DNA of 64,000 bases, from NCBI RefSeq assembly GCF_000143415.4, contig NW_003314263.1, forward strand, positions 994,165-1,058,164, written 5' to 3'. Below the pieces are notes generated by a model, which saw nothing but the letters and a program-made list of their open reading frames with translations, made no database searches and had not been told where the DNA came from. Made by a program: the position numbers and the translations under genes. The DNA comes from Selaginella moellendorffii. Lineage: Eukaryota > Plantae > Lycopodiophyta. Positions within the stretch are counted from its first letter, which is position 1. Each line of letters opens with the position of its first letter. Shown piece after piece: positions 25,901 through 40,164 of this stretch.

Positions 25901-27905
25901 ACTATTCAAACCCAAGGACGCTTAACTCCAAGTATCCCAAGACCCTTAACCAATTGGAAAAGGGGGTGCACTCTTGTTCATGGGCCCTTTCCCTCTATAT
26001 TTGAACCTTTATGGATCGTCTCTCAAGTCGTTCCCTTTGGTTGCTTACAGGCAGGCCCGCCCGTAGCTCCTCTGGCATGGTATCTTGGAATTGGTCCAAC
26101 ACCTGCTGGATCACTAAAGGTACTTCTTCCGTTCCTGTCTTTTTGTCACTCTTCACCGAGAGTAAGCACAAAAAGGCTGCCCTTAGTTCCTTTAGTGAGT
26201 TGTCCTCTCGTGGACACCAGGTTTAAGCAGGAATCTTTGGCCTTGCTTTACCCTACCTTTAGATCTTGGGCCTCCACCCTAGATTTTCTTCCTTGGGCAT
26301 TCGCCAATACCACCAGGTTCCTACCTTGTCCATTCAAGGCTACCACGAACCGATTGAACCAATCCATTCCGAAGATCACGTCAAATCCCGCCATGTCCAA
26401 CACGGTGAAATCCATGTCCACCTTCCAAGTTCCCACTTCGACTCTCGCTTGTCGAAGTACCTCATCGGTGCTTTGGCTACCTTGAACAAACTCTATAGTC
26501 CTTGGTTCGCCTAGCCGCTGCACCGTTAGTCCGGCTTGCCGGACTATGTCTGCAGCCACAAAATTATCCGAAGCACCCGTATCAATAAGGATCTTAACAA
26601 AGCTACCTCCGAGCTTCCCTCGGAGGGCTAGTAGATGTCGCGAACGACTCTCTACCAAAGTTGCTCGTGTAATGAGTAACTTTGAGTTAGGGACTGGATC
26701 ACATACCTCAATTTGGACTTCACCCGACTTGATGGCCATATTGGCTCTGGCTTTCTTCGGGTAGGGACATTCCCTCGAAAAGTGTCCCGCTTCACCGCAG
26801 TTGTAGCATACATTGTTTCCCACGCTGCTATACGACTTGACCTTCTTATCTGTGGGTTTGTCTCTTTTCGCTTGACTCCCCCACGTACTCGCTCGCTGGC
26901 CACCGGATTTGCCTTTTCGGAACCCCGAGGACTCATTCTTAGAGAAACTCTTCTTGAATTTCCCTCTGCTCAACGTTCCCCTTGGTTTGCCCCCTTTGCT
27001 AAACGTGGATCCCGACCCCGTTGTGTTCCCCTTTTGCAGGTTATCGTTGAAATGCACCTTGATGGTTGCATCCAACACTTCCTTGTAGTTGGTCGGGTTC
27101 CACCGCATCACTTCACCGCGAGCCCAGGTTTGCAAACCTGATAAGAAGGCATGGAATGCATCCATATCCCCCATGTTTGTGACAAGTATCCTTTTTGCCA
27201 TAAACCCATTCACATACTCCTGAATGGTTCCGGTCTGCTTTAGCCTACTTAGCTCATCCCTCAGATGCAGAGTAGCATTCGGAGGAACGTAAGTTGCGCG
27301 GATCCTCGCCTTCATCATTTCCCAAGTGGCCACTGGTCCTTCATTGGCCTCTATCGTTCTCCACCAAGACTTGGCATTATCTGCCAAGTATGGTTTTGCA
27401 CATGGGACCTTCTCCGAGCTCGGTAATCGCAACGCTCGGAAGTAGTCCTCCATATCATAAAACCAATCCTCCACCACCTTATAGTCGTTCACTCCCTTGA
27501 AGACCGGTGGGGGCTTTCGTTTGTACTTGGGAACTGCCTGAGGGAATGATTCTACTTCAGTCTGTTTGACTTGTCTGGTTTTGCCTCAGTCCCTACCAAA
27601 GGGTCCGCACCTTCTGCGCTGCTAGCATCCGCAGTCTTTCGCTTTTTCTTCCACTTCTCATCACGCTTTAGCTTGCGTACGAGAGTCTCCAGCAGGGCAT
27701 TGGTCTGCGCCAATTGTCCTTCTAGAACGTCCAATCGAGCCTTGGACGACCGAACCTCACCACCAGACTCCTGTTTGGAAGTTGCCTCACTAGAGTCCTC
27801 CTCATGCAAGGATTCCTCATCCATAGCCTCCTGTTCGACTGGAGGCTCCAGCTCTGGAGGAGGTTCCGTCTCCGCCTGGGTTCGCTTACGTCCTACCCTT
27901 GCCAT
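22933..27905 (-). pseudogene. gag-pol with several stops and frameshifts
   Basis: CYNCGEAGHFSREC knuckle; LIDTGAS protease; VYIDDIL RT; ETDASD RNase H; HDGPLAGH...CPTC and MDFITGLP integrase; EYEVEAIL...EATWE chromodomain. Confidence 0.95.
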
Positions 27906-27949
27906 CTCCCAGCAATCCGCCTCTATCCTTCACTAGAACTGAGGAAGAG

Positions 27950-27961
27950 GCTCCGATACCA
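27950..27961 (-). promoter_or_regulatory. primer-binding site (tRNA-iMet)
   Basis: TGGTATCGGAGC on the minus strand, 3 nt after the 5' LTR. Confidence 0.9.
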
Positions 27962-27964
27962 AAT

Positions 27965-29107
27965 TGTAAGCCACAAATTTTTCCTTTCCAATTTGCCAGC
28001 TTACCTCGTCTATCCGACCAACTCTGCCTTGGCTTGTGCTAAGTTCCCTCACCAAGGTTCCCGTTTATGGTACCAACTCCTACTTGGTCCTACTTGGTTT
28101 CAGCTACTCACTTCACGAGCAACGGAGTGTTAGCCATCCCTCTACGGATTCCCAAATCTCTCCCAATCCCCCTCCCCGGGTTAGACTGTACTTAAGGTTC
28201 AGCTACACTCCCTGCAGGCACAAGCAGCCAAGCACACCAAGCCTCCAGATCCCTAACACCCCTTGGTACCACAAGACTTGATCATGGGACCCTCTAAATC
28301 CCAAGGCTTGGGTGCAGCACTTGCTTCGGGATGTCGGGGCAAAACACCGTGGCCTAACAGCCCGGTATGGGTACCTCTACCCCCCCACTTCCATCCCGAA
28401 GGGAAGGCCCAAGCCCCTAGGAAGGGCGAGGACCAATGAGCCACAAGGTACTCAAGTGGGGCACCACTCCACATGAGCCAGGAGCACTGCAGTCGGTTTC
28501 CCTTTCGGGAGTGGGAGCTGCTCTTGAGCACTTCCCTGGGTGGCCCCTCCGGCACCACTCAAGCCCATGCTCACTCCCACCCAAGGCCCCTCGGCCTTAG
28601 TCTCAACCTCAAGTCAGTTTGGAAGCACCACTGGAGAGTTCCTTCAAGACTGGTTCCTAGACCTCACTATCCCTATTATACTTTTGGAACCCCCTGCAGC
28701 CCCCCCCCCGGGAGACACACACTTTGGGCTTTCACCCCTTGAGCTGTATTAGTATGTGGACTTAGTCTCAGAATCGATCTCGAACTCAATCTCAGACCCG
28801 ACTTCGGATTCGGTCTCGGACTCGATCTTGGACTCGATCTCGGACTCGACTTCGGACTCGACCTCGGACTCTGTCTCGGACCCGATTTGGATCTCAGACT
28901 CCGTCTCGAACTCGGTCTCGAACTCGGTCTCAATCTCGGTCTCCGATTTGGCCTCGGCTCGATCCCGGACTCTATCTCGAACTCGGTCTCAGAGTCGGTC
29001 TTGGACTCGATCTTCGACTCGGTCCCATCCGATGAACTCTTTCTCATTTCGGTCAAGCTTTCGGGGATCCTTTAGCCTACGACATCTCGGGGAGTCGGTT
29101 CCTTACA
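27965..29107 (-). repeat. 5' LTR
   Basis: tgtaagcc...ccttaca. Confidence 0.93.
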
Positions 29108-29214
29108 GCTGGAACAACCCAAGGAGTTGGGGGTGTACTTAGAGGATGAGTTAGTATTCTCATCACATGGACAAGTAGTCCAAAGGGGCAAAGGTTGCCC
29201 CTAGAGAACAGAGA

Positions 29215-31056
29215 TTGAAACTCGAATTGATAAGGTGGCTTACTGCCCCTAACTTCCTCAGGAGATAGGGAAGATGCACTTTATGTTCCACATGAACTTA
29301 CTCAAGGTGTACTTTGAGGATCTGCTTCACAAGGACCAAGTAAGACCTCTACCTATGGTTATCCAAGGGGAAAAGGAATACGAAGTCAAGGCCATTTTCA
29401 ATATGCAAGAGCAAGCAATAAGAACACGAGGTGAGGGAGTTCTATATGAAGTGGAAAGGATTTCTACACTGCGAAGTAACAGAGGAACTAGAGGGGAATC
29501 TAGCGAACACGCAATATCTAGTGGAGGAATTTTTGAAATGTTGAACTCTGTGTACTTATGCAAAATTCAATTAAAGAATCTATTTGAGAAATTGAGCAAT
29601 GTCATATGTTGGGGCCCAAAGGCACGCCAAAGGTAATTTAATTAGTATGGGTTAGTTAGGTCGACTAGGTGTAGGGAACTACACCCGACTCTCTATGGGG
29701 ATGTTGAATCTGTAAACATATTCTATAGAGGTTGGGTTCAAATCCCAACCCCCTAGTAGAGCAAGGCTGGGTTCAAGTCCCAACCCCATACTAGGGTGGG
29801 GTATAAAGACACCTATATTTTGTTGACATGGGCTCTTGGTTGGGAAGGCTAATTTAGGCACACTACTAAGTGGGGGGATGCCTCCAAATACATGGTCAAC
29901 AAGTCGTAAGATTAAAAAGAGACGTTCGATGTGGGCATTGAACTTCTTCTATAGGTGGTGGAGTTGTAAGGAACCAACTCCATGAGGTGGATAAAGAGTT
30001 CATCAGATGAGACAAAGTCCAAGATCGAATTTAAGACCGACTCTGCGACCAAGTTCGAGACCGAGTCCGAGATCAAGTCCAAGACCGACTCCAATACTGA
30101 GTTCGATACCTAGTTCGAGATCCCAGATTGGGTTCGAGACCGAGTCTGAGATTGAGTCTGAGACAGAGTTCAAGATTGGGTCTGAGATCAAGTCTGAGAT
30201 CGAGTTTGAGACCAAGTCCGAGGTCGAGTCTGAGATCGAGTTCGAGACCAAGTCCGAATACTAATATAGGTCGTGGGGTGAAAGCCCAAAGTTTGTGTCC
30301 CTCGAGGGGGGGGAGGTGCAGAGGGTGGTGCTGCAAAGTGTTTCAAAAGTATAATAGGGATAGTGAGGTCCAAGAATAAGTATTAAAGGAACTCTTCAAT
30401 GGTGCTTCCAAACTGACTTGAGGTTGAGACTAAAGCTTAGGGGCCTTAGGTGGGTAAACTCGGGTGGTGCCAAAGGGGCCACCCAAGGAAATGCTTAAGA
30501 GCAGCTCCCACTCCCAGAAGGGAAATCAACTGCAATGCTCTTGGCTTATGTGGAGTGATGCCCCACTTGAGTGCCTTGTGGCATTAGTCCTCACCCTTCC
30601 TAGGGGTTTAGGCCTTCCCTTTAGGATGGAAGTGGGGGAGTAGATATACTTGTACCGAGCTATTAGGCCATGGTGTTTCCCCCTGGTGTCCCGAAGCAAG
30701 TGTTACACCCAAGGCTTAGGATTTAGAGGGTTCTATAATCAAGTCTTATTGTACCAAGGGATGTTAAGAACTTGGAGGCTTGGTGTGCTTGGTTTCTTGT
30801 TCCTACGGAAAGTGTAGCCGAACCTTAAGTTCAATCTAACCCGGGAAGGGGGATTTGGAGAGAATTTGGAAATCTATGGATGGATAGCTAATGTTCTGTT
30901 GTTTGTGCAGTGAGTTGCTGAAACCAAGTAAAACCAAGTAGGAGCTAGTATAATAGGTGGGAACCTTGGCAACGAAACTTAACTAAGGCCAAAGCCATAG
31001 TGGTTGGATAAATAATATAAGCTAGTAAATTGGAAAGGAAAAATTTATGGCTTATA
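29215..31056 (+). mobile_element. older 3' fragment of the same chromovirus in opposite orientation (IN C-terminus/chromodomain, 3' UTR, LTR 29965-31056)
   Basis: reverse-complement match to ~21405-23290; FHMNLLKVYFED...KEYEVKAI; many CG>TG/CA changes. Confidence 0.88.
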
Positions 31057-33455
31057 ATGTGTCTAGATTTTTATATATTGTGCTTAGAGTATTACCTTTC
31101 CATTGAATAAGTATATGACTTGATAATGTGAGTTTAATATTTGTTTTGTCAAGGTGAGTTAAAGAATGATTGCTAGTTGCTTTGCAACTACTAATTGCTT
31201 CTAAATTAATTGCTAAAGATTATTGATGTTTTACTTAGTTTGATGGAGATTAGCAGAGATGAGCTTACTTACTATGCGGTATTGTAGAGGATCATGTTCT
31301 TGGCTTTTATAATTTTTCCATATTAGCATATTAGTTTCACCTTTGTCGCATTTAGTCTATGATGTTAAATTGCATTAAATCTTAAACATAGTGATTCACT
31401 TCTTGATAATGTGTTATTTATAACTAAGAACTATGGAAAGATTAGTTTTAAATACTAAAATAAAGTATATTTGACCTTGGTTAATTTGGTTGCTAAAGAT
31501 TTTTGAATGGTGATTCATTTTTGCTTTCTTTTAGCTTTGTTTTGGTGTTAATAGCATTGAAGTGATGCCTTGATATTGACATTATTGAAGTTAAGATTAA
31601 AATGAAATGAATTTTCATTCTATTTCATGTCTCTTTGAAGATGATGTTGATAGTAAAGTCATATTTTTCTGTTATTGGCATTTATGCATTTGCTAATTAG
31701 CAATTATATTTTTATTTTAATGAACTAAATTATAAGTTGGGTTAGTTGTGTTTCAGACAAGATTGTTTAATAAGGGTTAAGCTTTAGCTTTTCCTTGAAA
31801 ATTGATTTAATTATAGACTATGTTAGTTTTACAAAAAGAAGATTATTAGATCAATTAAAGTTATTGATTCTTTATTGGCTTTGTTAGGATTATATCAATT
31901 ATTGATGATTCTTTTTGTACTTACTATAAAATGAGTAATAAATAGAAAAAATAAATGCTATAAAGCTAACAAACACTCATTTATGCAAATTATCCCATAA
32001 ATCAATTTTAATAGTAACACTAAAGAGCCAAAGTTGCCTAAGAAAATGTTAGCAACATTTTATTGATATATCAAACCTAAAAGACTAATCTAGAGTAAAC
32101 CACAAAGAATATATAATAATGTAAAAAGCTAAAAGTTATCAAAGAGAACAATTAACCATGCATCTCTTTTGGTGTGATGATTGATGATCTTCTATGATTA
32201 TTGAATAATATTCCACCATCTAAAAAATGGATAGAAAAATATAATTATTACAGTTAGTTTTAATATATTTGGATGTTATTTCCTTTAGGTGATATATTCA
32301 CAAGTATTTTGCTTGTCCAATCAATCATATTTTATATTCTTTAAGATATCTTTTGTAAGTTGTTTGGCATACTATCTACAATCTCTTGTAGTTAAGCTCT
32401 TTCATTAAGTGTTTTTGATGATATCCTTACTATTGAATTTTATTGGATTGTTAATTCTATACTTTCAACCTCTTGTGATATTAGTAGTTCTTATAATCTT
32501 GATTTATCAAATGATATCCTAATTGGAATACTTTTATATTCTCACTTATGATTTATTCACTAATATTTTTATCTTTAAGATATATTTGTATATGACTTTG
32601 ATATTGTCCATTTATTGATTTTTGATTTTGGGCCAATATAAATGGACTCACTTCAGTACTTTATGTGCATAGTGATATTTTTAGTCATGGGGTAGCTACT
32701 ATCAACTTATCATATCACTTGCCTCTCTCAATATTTTTAATTTTGTTAAAAAGGCATGACTATGTAAGCAATTCTAACTATCAATTTACAATACTCTATC
32801 TAAACCTTACTAACAGATTTGGTTTGTTTACTTAAGAGGGTCAGACCCTCTGTCTTTTCTCTCTATATCACTTGTAGGCAGAGATATATCATCTTTTGTA
32901 AGTTGGGTGATACATAGAGTAATAAAAGTGGTTAACTTCATTAGTTATTTCCTTGTTGGTGACAATTAGAAGGTATTTAGTTGACAATTGACAATTAGAA
33001 GTCATCAATTGACAATTAGAAGGTATTGGAGTTGTAATACATTTGTGTTATAACTCATTTAAGTTGGAGCATTTTTCACAAAGTGTGCACATTATAAACT
33101 TTTTTAAAGTTGTTTTTTTTGTGGTAATTTAGATTAGAGTATGCATTGACGAGGATATCAATCATCCCTAAAGAGGGGAGAGTGTAGGGCATGTGATTGA
33201 AAGTATAAAAAATTTATCATTTGATGGGACTATATATAGGTTGGGGTTGAAAGTATGCCATGTGGTAGTGGCCAAAATGAAATTCTAACAAGTATAACAC
33301 ATTTTGATTAAAAGCTCTAACTTGAAAAGTCAAGAGCAAGAATGGAACTTCAAAAGAAAGTGCTCGAAAAACAAGTAGGATGTGATCGATAAGCAAGTTT
33401 CTAGAAAAGTATACAAGAAGGATCAATACATGACAAATGTTGTGACAGGTGGAAG

Positions 33456-34361
33456 TGTCAAAATTGAGTCCGAGATCAAATCTGAGACCGAGTTCGAAAC
33501 CAAGTTTGATATAGAGTTTGAGACTATGTCTAAGATGGAGTTCGAGATTGAGACTAAGACCGAGACTGAGACCGAGAACAAGTCCGAGTCTAAGTCCAAG
33601 TCCAAGTCTGAGGGTGAAAGCCTAAAGTAATTGTTCTCCTAGACCCTATGGGGTAGTAAGGGGAGGACTCTAGTGAAATTGATAGGCCAGGAAAGGTTAG
33701 TTTGACCCAAGAAGGCTATGCCCATGTGGTGGGTGATGATATAACCACTAATTATTCCAATACTAAAGTGAATATGGATGGACAAATGAAGTGATTTGGT
33801 GAAGTGTTCAAGAGTCAACTTTAGCCCTCCCAAGAGATCGAGTTGTCGATGCTCCCAATCCAAGTGTAGATGGCACTACCTACTTAGATATCTTGTTTGG
33901 CTTATCTAAATCTTACTCTAGCCACATAGTTGAGGTACTCTAATGGTGGAAGGTGGGGGGAGTACTCACAAGGTTTATGTTGGGCTATGGTATTTTAAAA
34001 TGTCACTCTAAAATCTTGGACTGTGGAAAGGAAGAAAAATGGTCCTTTTGCTTAATGATCAAGGGTATGGTCACATGGTGAAAAAGTCCTAAAGTTAGTG
34101 ATTTAGTGGTTAGGTTTTTGAACCCTAGTCTACTTAGTGAACACTACTGAGAGACTTAATAAGAATTAAAGAAAGGATATTAAGGGATGGTATTCCCTAT
34201 ATTTTGATGCATTCTAAGGATGTTAAAATGTGGTCAAAGGATGACCATTTGTGGATAAAGGGCACAATCTTAGAGAGATAGGTTCCTTACCATCTAACCA
34301 GCCTAAAGGTCATTATGAACTCTTAAGGTGAGATGACTTTTGACTTGTTAATTAGCTGACA
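33456..34361 (+). mobile_element. LTR of a second family (TGTCA...TGACA) starting with a hexamer array
   Basis: purine-rich aggtggaag upstream; repeated at 38756-39620. Confidence 0.65.
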
Positions 34362-35230
34362 CCTGACAATTTCTTCCTGTCAACCCCAATCCCAACAATA
34401 TCCCTAAGGACAAGTTATATAAATGATCAACCTTTCTAGAGAATTATATTTAAGCTCTTGATGCATCATCTATAGCTTTATATATCAAGGAATCACTAGG
34501 TTCTTCACTCTAATATAGTGTATATTTTAATTACTTGATATAAAACATTAGATGAGTTTTCACTTCAATTGGCTATTGCATCCAATAAGCCATCTTATCA
34601 ATGCACTATAACACTTAATATAGAGCAATATATCTATAAAAAAGTTTATCACTTTTGCAAAGGCATTAAAGTGTTTTACTACTCACTTGATAGATAGATT
34701 ATTCACATAAAGATGAGATCTCCCACTTTCTATTTCCAGAATTGATAATGCTTATTGGCAAACTTCTTTGCCTTGTCTTAAGCCATATATAAATTCAATG
34801 TGTACACCATTCGAACCTTATTAACTTCTATAATTGATTAGTTATCTTTAAATCAAACTTGTGTTGAACATCCTTGCTCAAATGCAATCCTAACTCTAAT
34901 ATTGTTTTAGGATGCATTCCAAACATGACAAATTAAGGACTGAGCTTGATTTCATATGTTGGCTATTATGAATTGCATCAATAGAAGATACATAGCATGA
35001 TATCTGTTATTGTCACAACTATAGCCTAAATCCATGAACAAATTGAAAGAGACAGATTGAGAGGGAAATTTTCCTAACACTAAGAACTTTTATGACATAA
35101 ATATGGCTCTACAAACCGAATATCAATTTATAATTCTAAATATATAATATTAATATTTATGTATAGGTGGAAACCAATATACAATACAAACAGCTTTGGT
35201 TAGCAAACCAAAGCAAACAGCACAATGGAT
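34362..35230 (+). repeat. duplicate of the non-coding segment ~61615-62620 upstream of the lectin gene
   Basis: colinear match, e.g. ccctaaggacaagttatataaatgatcaacctttctagag in both. Confidence 0.85.
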
Positions 35231-35402
35231 CACACAGTTTGGCATTCTCTCTATTAAACTTTCACGCTGCCCATGGTTTTTGTTTTTAGCTGGGGGTCTT
35301 TGGTGGAGTAGGGATCATCTAGAAATCTTCAACAGCTCTACTTCAGCGAATAGGCAAGTGATTCCTTTCCTACTCTTTCAAACTTGTTTTGCATTTACTC
35401 GA

Positions 35403-38400
35403 TTTCAACCATCAAATAGCCAAGATCCAGATAATGTTCCACCAATAAATAATGATGATTAAGTGGTTCACAGAATATTATGTCGACCTCAAGGTAAGCC
35501 AAAGTGAATTTTACAAACTAAAGGTGGTAATGTTTTTTGCAGCAATGACTATTGATAGTAATTTCATTCTAGCTCGACGAGATGCTCGTGAAAGAGGAGT
35601 TAGAGAAACTCTCATTGACAATATGCCATATGACAGTAGCATATTATTCATTGCTTTTTTCATTCACTTAGCTCTTTTATAGGTTTATCTTATTTCCCCA
35701 ATAACACAACGAGGCATTGTAGGTGTCTTCATTGGCTTCTACAATAGATTGCTAACATCTTTCATGGAAAACAATATAAACATAGATATATAGTGTTAGT
35801 TCAATCATTAGTGCCAAAAGATACAAAGGCCTTTGCTCCCAATTGCAGACTTCATTCTCTTCAACTTTTTTTAGATATTGATAGAAAAGTTGAAGATTGG
35901 AACTTTTTCACACCTGACCACATATGCAATACATTCCTCTTGTCTGAAGCACTTATGCTCAAAGCTGGCCATGTTATCTTCATCCTACCAAATGACCTCA
36001 ATTGGATGTATGAGTTTATAATGTGTGTAGCAAAAGTTTATTTTAAGTCATTCTCTTTCGGGTGCATCATGGATCCTATTGGCATCGATACTAGGGGCAT
36101 CCAAGGGAAGGTTGAAAAGGTGAGTACATATTTTATATTTTTATCTAATTTCTAAACTTTCTTATTTTCTAGGTTATGATGTGGACCTACCATGCCTTCT
36201 GCAGAAACACATATGATGGGTTTCGTGATAGCGAATGTGCAACACGACTTTTTCCTGGGTATGACAATTTCACTAACATCATGGTTCCCAATCTTGTGGA
36301 TGAGCATATCCACAACACATTTCCAGAGTACCAATTTCAAACTCTATTAGCGATGCAAGTTTGATTGCCCACTAGATGGTATTGTGATTGATTGCATAAT
36401 AGGTAGTAATTCTATGGTGGAAGTAATATATAAGTCTAGTAGGTTGGTGTTTGCTATTGAAGAACATCATTTCCTTAAATGCTAACTTAAAGGATTTTGT
36501 GAGTTGCCTCCAATATTGAGATAAATTATGTTTATTAAGATTTCAATATATGTTTAGTTTTGTTTTATAGATCACAGTCACCTGAAGTTTCTAGAATTGA
36601 AGGCTTTGGAAGTCTCCTTGACTATGTAGAAGCCATGGCTCAACAAATGCAAGGTGAATCTTCCCCACAATACCAATATAGAAGGAAACATAAAAGAAAT
36701 CAATATATTGATGATGAGGTAGGAGAAAGTTAATTGCATCCTTATATGAAATGAGAAGTTTGTTATATGTCAAATGTCTCTAAAAGTGTCAGATGTCAGT
36801 GATAATATCAGTGTCAGATATCATAATTGAAAATTATCCTTCTCATATGTCACTATCACTTTGTAGCGCTTGTGTGTTGCCATCTCCTCCTTCAACATCT
36901 TGTAAACAATTGTATATGAAATGATAACACCTTCTAGAACAAAGTAAGTTACCTTTAACTAATATCATTTTATTATATTTTTCTTTTAAAAGTGACAATA
37001 CTATAGTATAGTAAAGTAATCCTACATTTTATATTCCACTGTAGGGTGGCCTAAAACCCCCATATTTTGCATTAGTCAATGTAGTGTTTCCCAAGGGGAT
37101 GTTGTTCCTCACCATGAAGCAATAGTGGGTATGTGTTTGTAACTCATTTTTGAATCTATTATACATCCACATGTGCACATTTTCTAGACATATTGTTGAG
37201 CAATTGCTGTAGTGTTTAAGAAAAGTTTGTAAACCTATATAGCCATTTGTTTTGTCCAAAAAATAGTAACATATTGAACACCGAATGCAACAGTGTTCTG
37301 TGCTTTCAAATAGTTTTGCCATGTCAGAAGCAAGATCTTGCAAAAACATATGGCATTGCTCTTGAAGTGCTAGAGGCAATCCCTCTCTAGTAATATAATC
37401 TAGAATTTCATATATAGGGAGCTCTAGTTCAACTTCACTAGAGTTCTTAGCAGAACGAAGATTGTTATGTGGAGGTGAAGGTGGAATGTTGGTAGAACTT
37501 GGGGGTGAAGGTGGAAGTTGATATGAAATGTTGGGGGGCCAAGTACAAGTAGCAGTGACTTTCTTTCAAGTCATTTCAATATAAACTTCCAAGGAGCTCA
37601 AGGAGAACAAAAAAACTACAATGACTATAACTTTTCTACATAGTTTATATACTAAGTTTTAGTCTTGGGAATGAGGTTTATTTATTATGACATTAATAAG
37701 ATTCTTGAAATATCAGTCTTAGAAATGGGGTTTTATAATCATAGTTTACTTATAAACATAAGAGCTTATAGAATTCTAGATTATCATGTATACACATGCT
37801 CTATCATTATGATGAAATCCTACTTTTTTACACATATATTCTTTTTTACACATGCTAAATCTCTAGGGAATAGATTGCAGACAAATATAAACCACATTAT
37901 AGTGGCAGGGCACATTGGCATACTGCTATTCTCTCATGTGAGATTGCCTTTTATTCTTGGAAATGTAGATAAAGTTGATTCTTTAATGTGAGTCTTTCGA
38001 AAGATTTTGATTTCTTTTATTATTATTTACAAAAAACTCTCAAAAACTCTTATTGAGGATTCATTGCAAAAATATACCTTGATCTTTTCATATGGGAGGA
38101 CTGCAATATAGGTAGGCGATAGAGTTTTTGATATAAATTAATATGTAAATTTTAAATGTCATGGAAGTAGATTTCTTAGTGCTTTTCCACCGTGCTATTC
38201 ATTTCTTCATTTCTTTTACTCTAGATTGTTATTTCAAAAGTAACAGAAGTATTTTTATCAATCTTGATAATGATTTTCACATTCTCAAATGGGTAATGAG
38301 GACCAAAAGTGTAATATAAAGATTATGGTAGTGAAATGTTAACATTCTCACATTCCTTTGCATTGCAACTCTTAATCACAGATATTTTATTTTCCTTACT

Positions 38401-38755
38401 TCCCATCTTCTCAAGAACCCTAAAAACATCTTTTGAATGAAGGAATAGCTGTAAAAGTATTCAAAATATTAAGTAGTCAAATCAAAATATGACAGCTGTA
38501 ACAATAGTTATAGTAAAATAATATAGCTTTAAAAAAGATAAGTTCTCATAAACTTTATCTTTTTTAAACAACTCAATATTATAGAAACTTTTATCTCAAA
38601 TATTTACATATTTCAATATTTTAAAGTTCACTAAAACCTTCAGTTTTTCAATTTAGATTTCCTTTGTAAGACTTCTACCTGACCATGTTCACTTGAGTTG
38701 ACTTGTGCTGAATTGAGCTCAACATATGAGCTCAACACAACTTTAGACCATCCCC
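35403..38755. mobile_element. degenerate truncated third copy (D) of the MULE-like family: MTase exons, one zinc-finger ORF (~37029-37575, minus), SPYYTPG ORF remnant (~38160-38406, minus), one terminus
   Basis: matches 60727-61340 and the reverse complement of 43300-46800; ends in ...ctttagaccatcccc. Confidence 0.85.
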
Positions 38756-39620
38756 TCAAGATTGAGTCTGAGATCAAATTCGAAACCAAGTCCAAGACCA
38801 AGTTTTATATGAAGTTTGAAACTGAGTTCGAGATCAAATCTAGAATAGAGTCCAAGACTGAGTTTGAGATGGAGTCTAACATTGAGACTAAGACCGAGAC
38901 CAAGACTAAGAACAAATCCAAGTCTAAGTCCGAGTCCAAATCCGAGAGTGAAAGCATAAAGTGATTGTTCTCCTAGACCCTATTGGGTAGTAAGGAGAGG
39001 ACTCTAGTAGAACCAATAGGCTAAGAAAGGCTAGTTTGACCTAGGAAGGCTATGCCTATGTGGTGGGTGATGATATAACAATTAGTCAGTCCAAGGCTAA
39101 AATGAACATGGATGGACAAGTGGGGTGAAGTGTTCAAGAGTCAACTTTAACTCCCCCAAGAGATCAAGTTGTTAATACTCCTAATCCAAGTGTATGGCAA
39201 TACCTACTTGGATACGTTATATGGCTTATCAAAATCTCACTCTAGCTATAAAATTTCAAACTTTGGAAAAGATGAGTAATGGTCCTTTTTCTTAATGATT
39301 AAAGATATGGTTATGTGGTGAGGAAGTCTCAGAAGTTAGTGGGATTTAATGGTCAAATTTTCAAGCTCTAGTTTATTGGCAATTTTGGTGAGCACTACCA
39401 TGGACAAAAAGAGACTTAATAAGGACCAAAGAAGGAACATTTGGGGATGGTGTTCCCCATATTTTGATGCATTCTAAGGATGCTAAAGTGTGGTTAAAAA
39501 ATGACCATTTATAAATGGATGGCACAATCTTAGAGAAATAGATTCCTTACCACTTAACCACCCAAAGGCCATTATAAGCCCTTAAGGTGAGATGACTCTT
39601 GACTTGTTAATTAGCTAACA
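38756..39620 (+). mobile_element. second copy of the 33456-34361 LTR, lacking its first 2 bp
   Basis: colinear match; ends ttagctaaca. Confidence 0.7.
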
Positions 39621-40164
39621 CTGGGCGCAGACCATACTTGAGCTCACGAGTTGGAGAGTTGAGCTCACGAGTTGAGCTCAATTTTCAATTGTAATTTAGT
39701 ACAAACATTATAAATTTTAAAATTTTAAGGTTATGGCGAACCTAATAATTTAATAACTCTCTATATATTATATAGATAAAAATGTTCTAAAGAACACTTT
39801 TTGTTCTAATAATTTAAATATTTACTACATGCAATGATAGGGACATTTGTTAGAACATAAAATAAAATGTTTGCCAAAAGAGTATTCTTGTCACTTCTTT
39901 AAATTTGTACTCTATGCTTTCTGGCTAGTAAACATTAGGTTTGTCAGAATTAAAAAATTATTAAATTTGAAATAAGATTCTATGTAAAGCCATATAACCA
40001 TTTGAAAGGAAAAAAAATAATCGTTGATGTAAGCTTATTGCATATAAAAGAAAGACTTGGTTCTTTGTAGAATACATTCTTGAGGGGTTTGTCATAGCAT
40101 ACTGTCTAGAATTTATAGATCTTCATTCACACTCTCATTCGAAAAAAGGGAAATACACCCACAA

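Larger units (their letters stand above)
21405..29107 (-). mobile_element. full-length Ty3/gypsy chromovirus, non-functional
   Basis: two TG...CA LTRs; 5-bp TSD GCTGG (21400-21404 / 29108-29112); PBS; gag-PR-RT-RH-IN-chromodomain order. Confidence 0.95.

Noticed and set aside
31057-33450. AT-rich stretch with faint retroelement-like remnants
   Set aside because: Too degenerate to assign.
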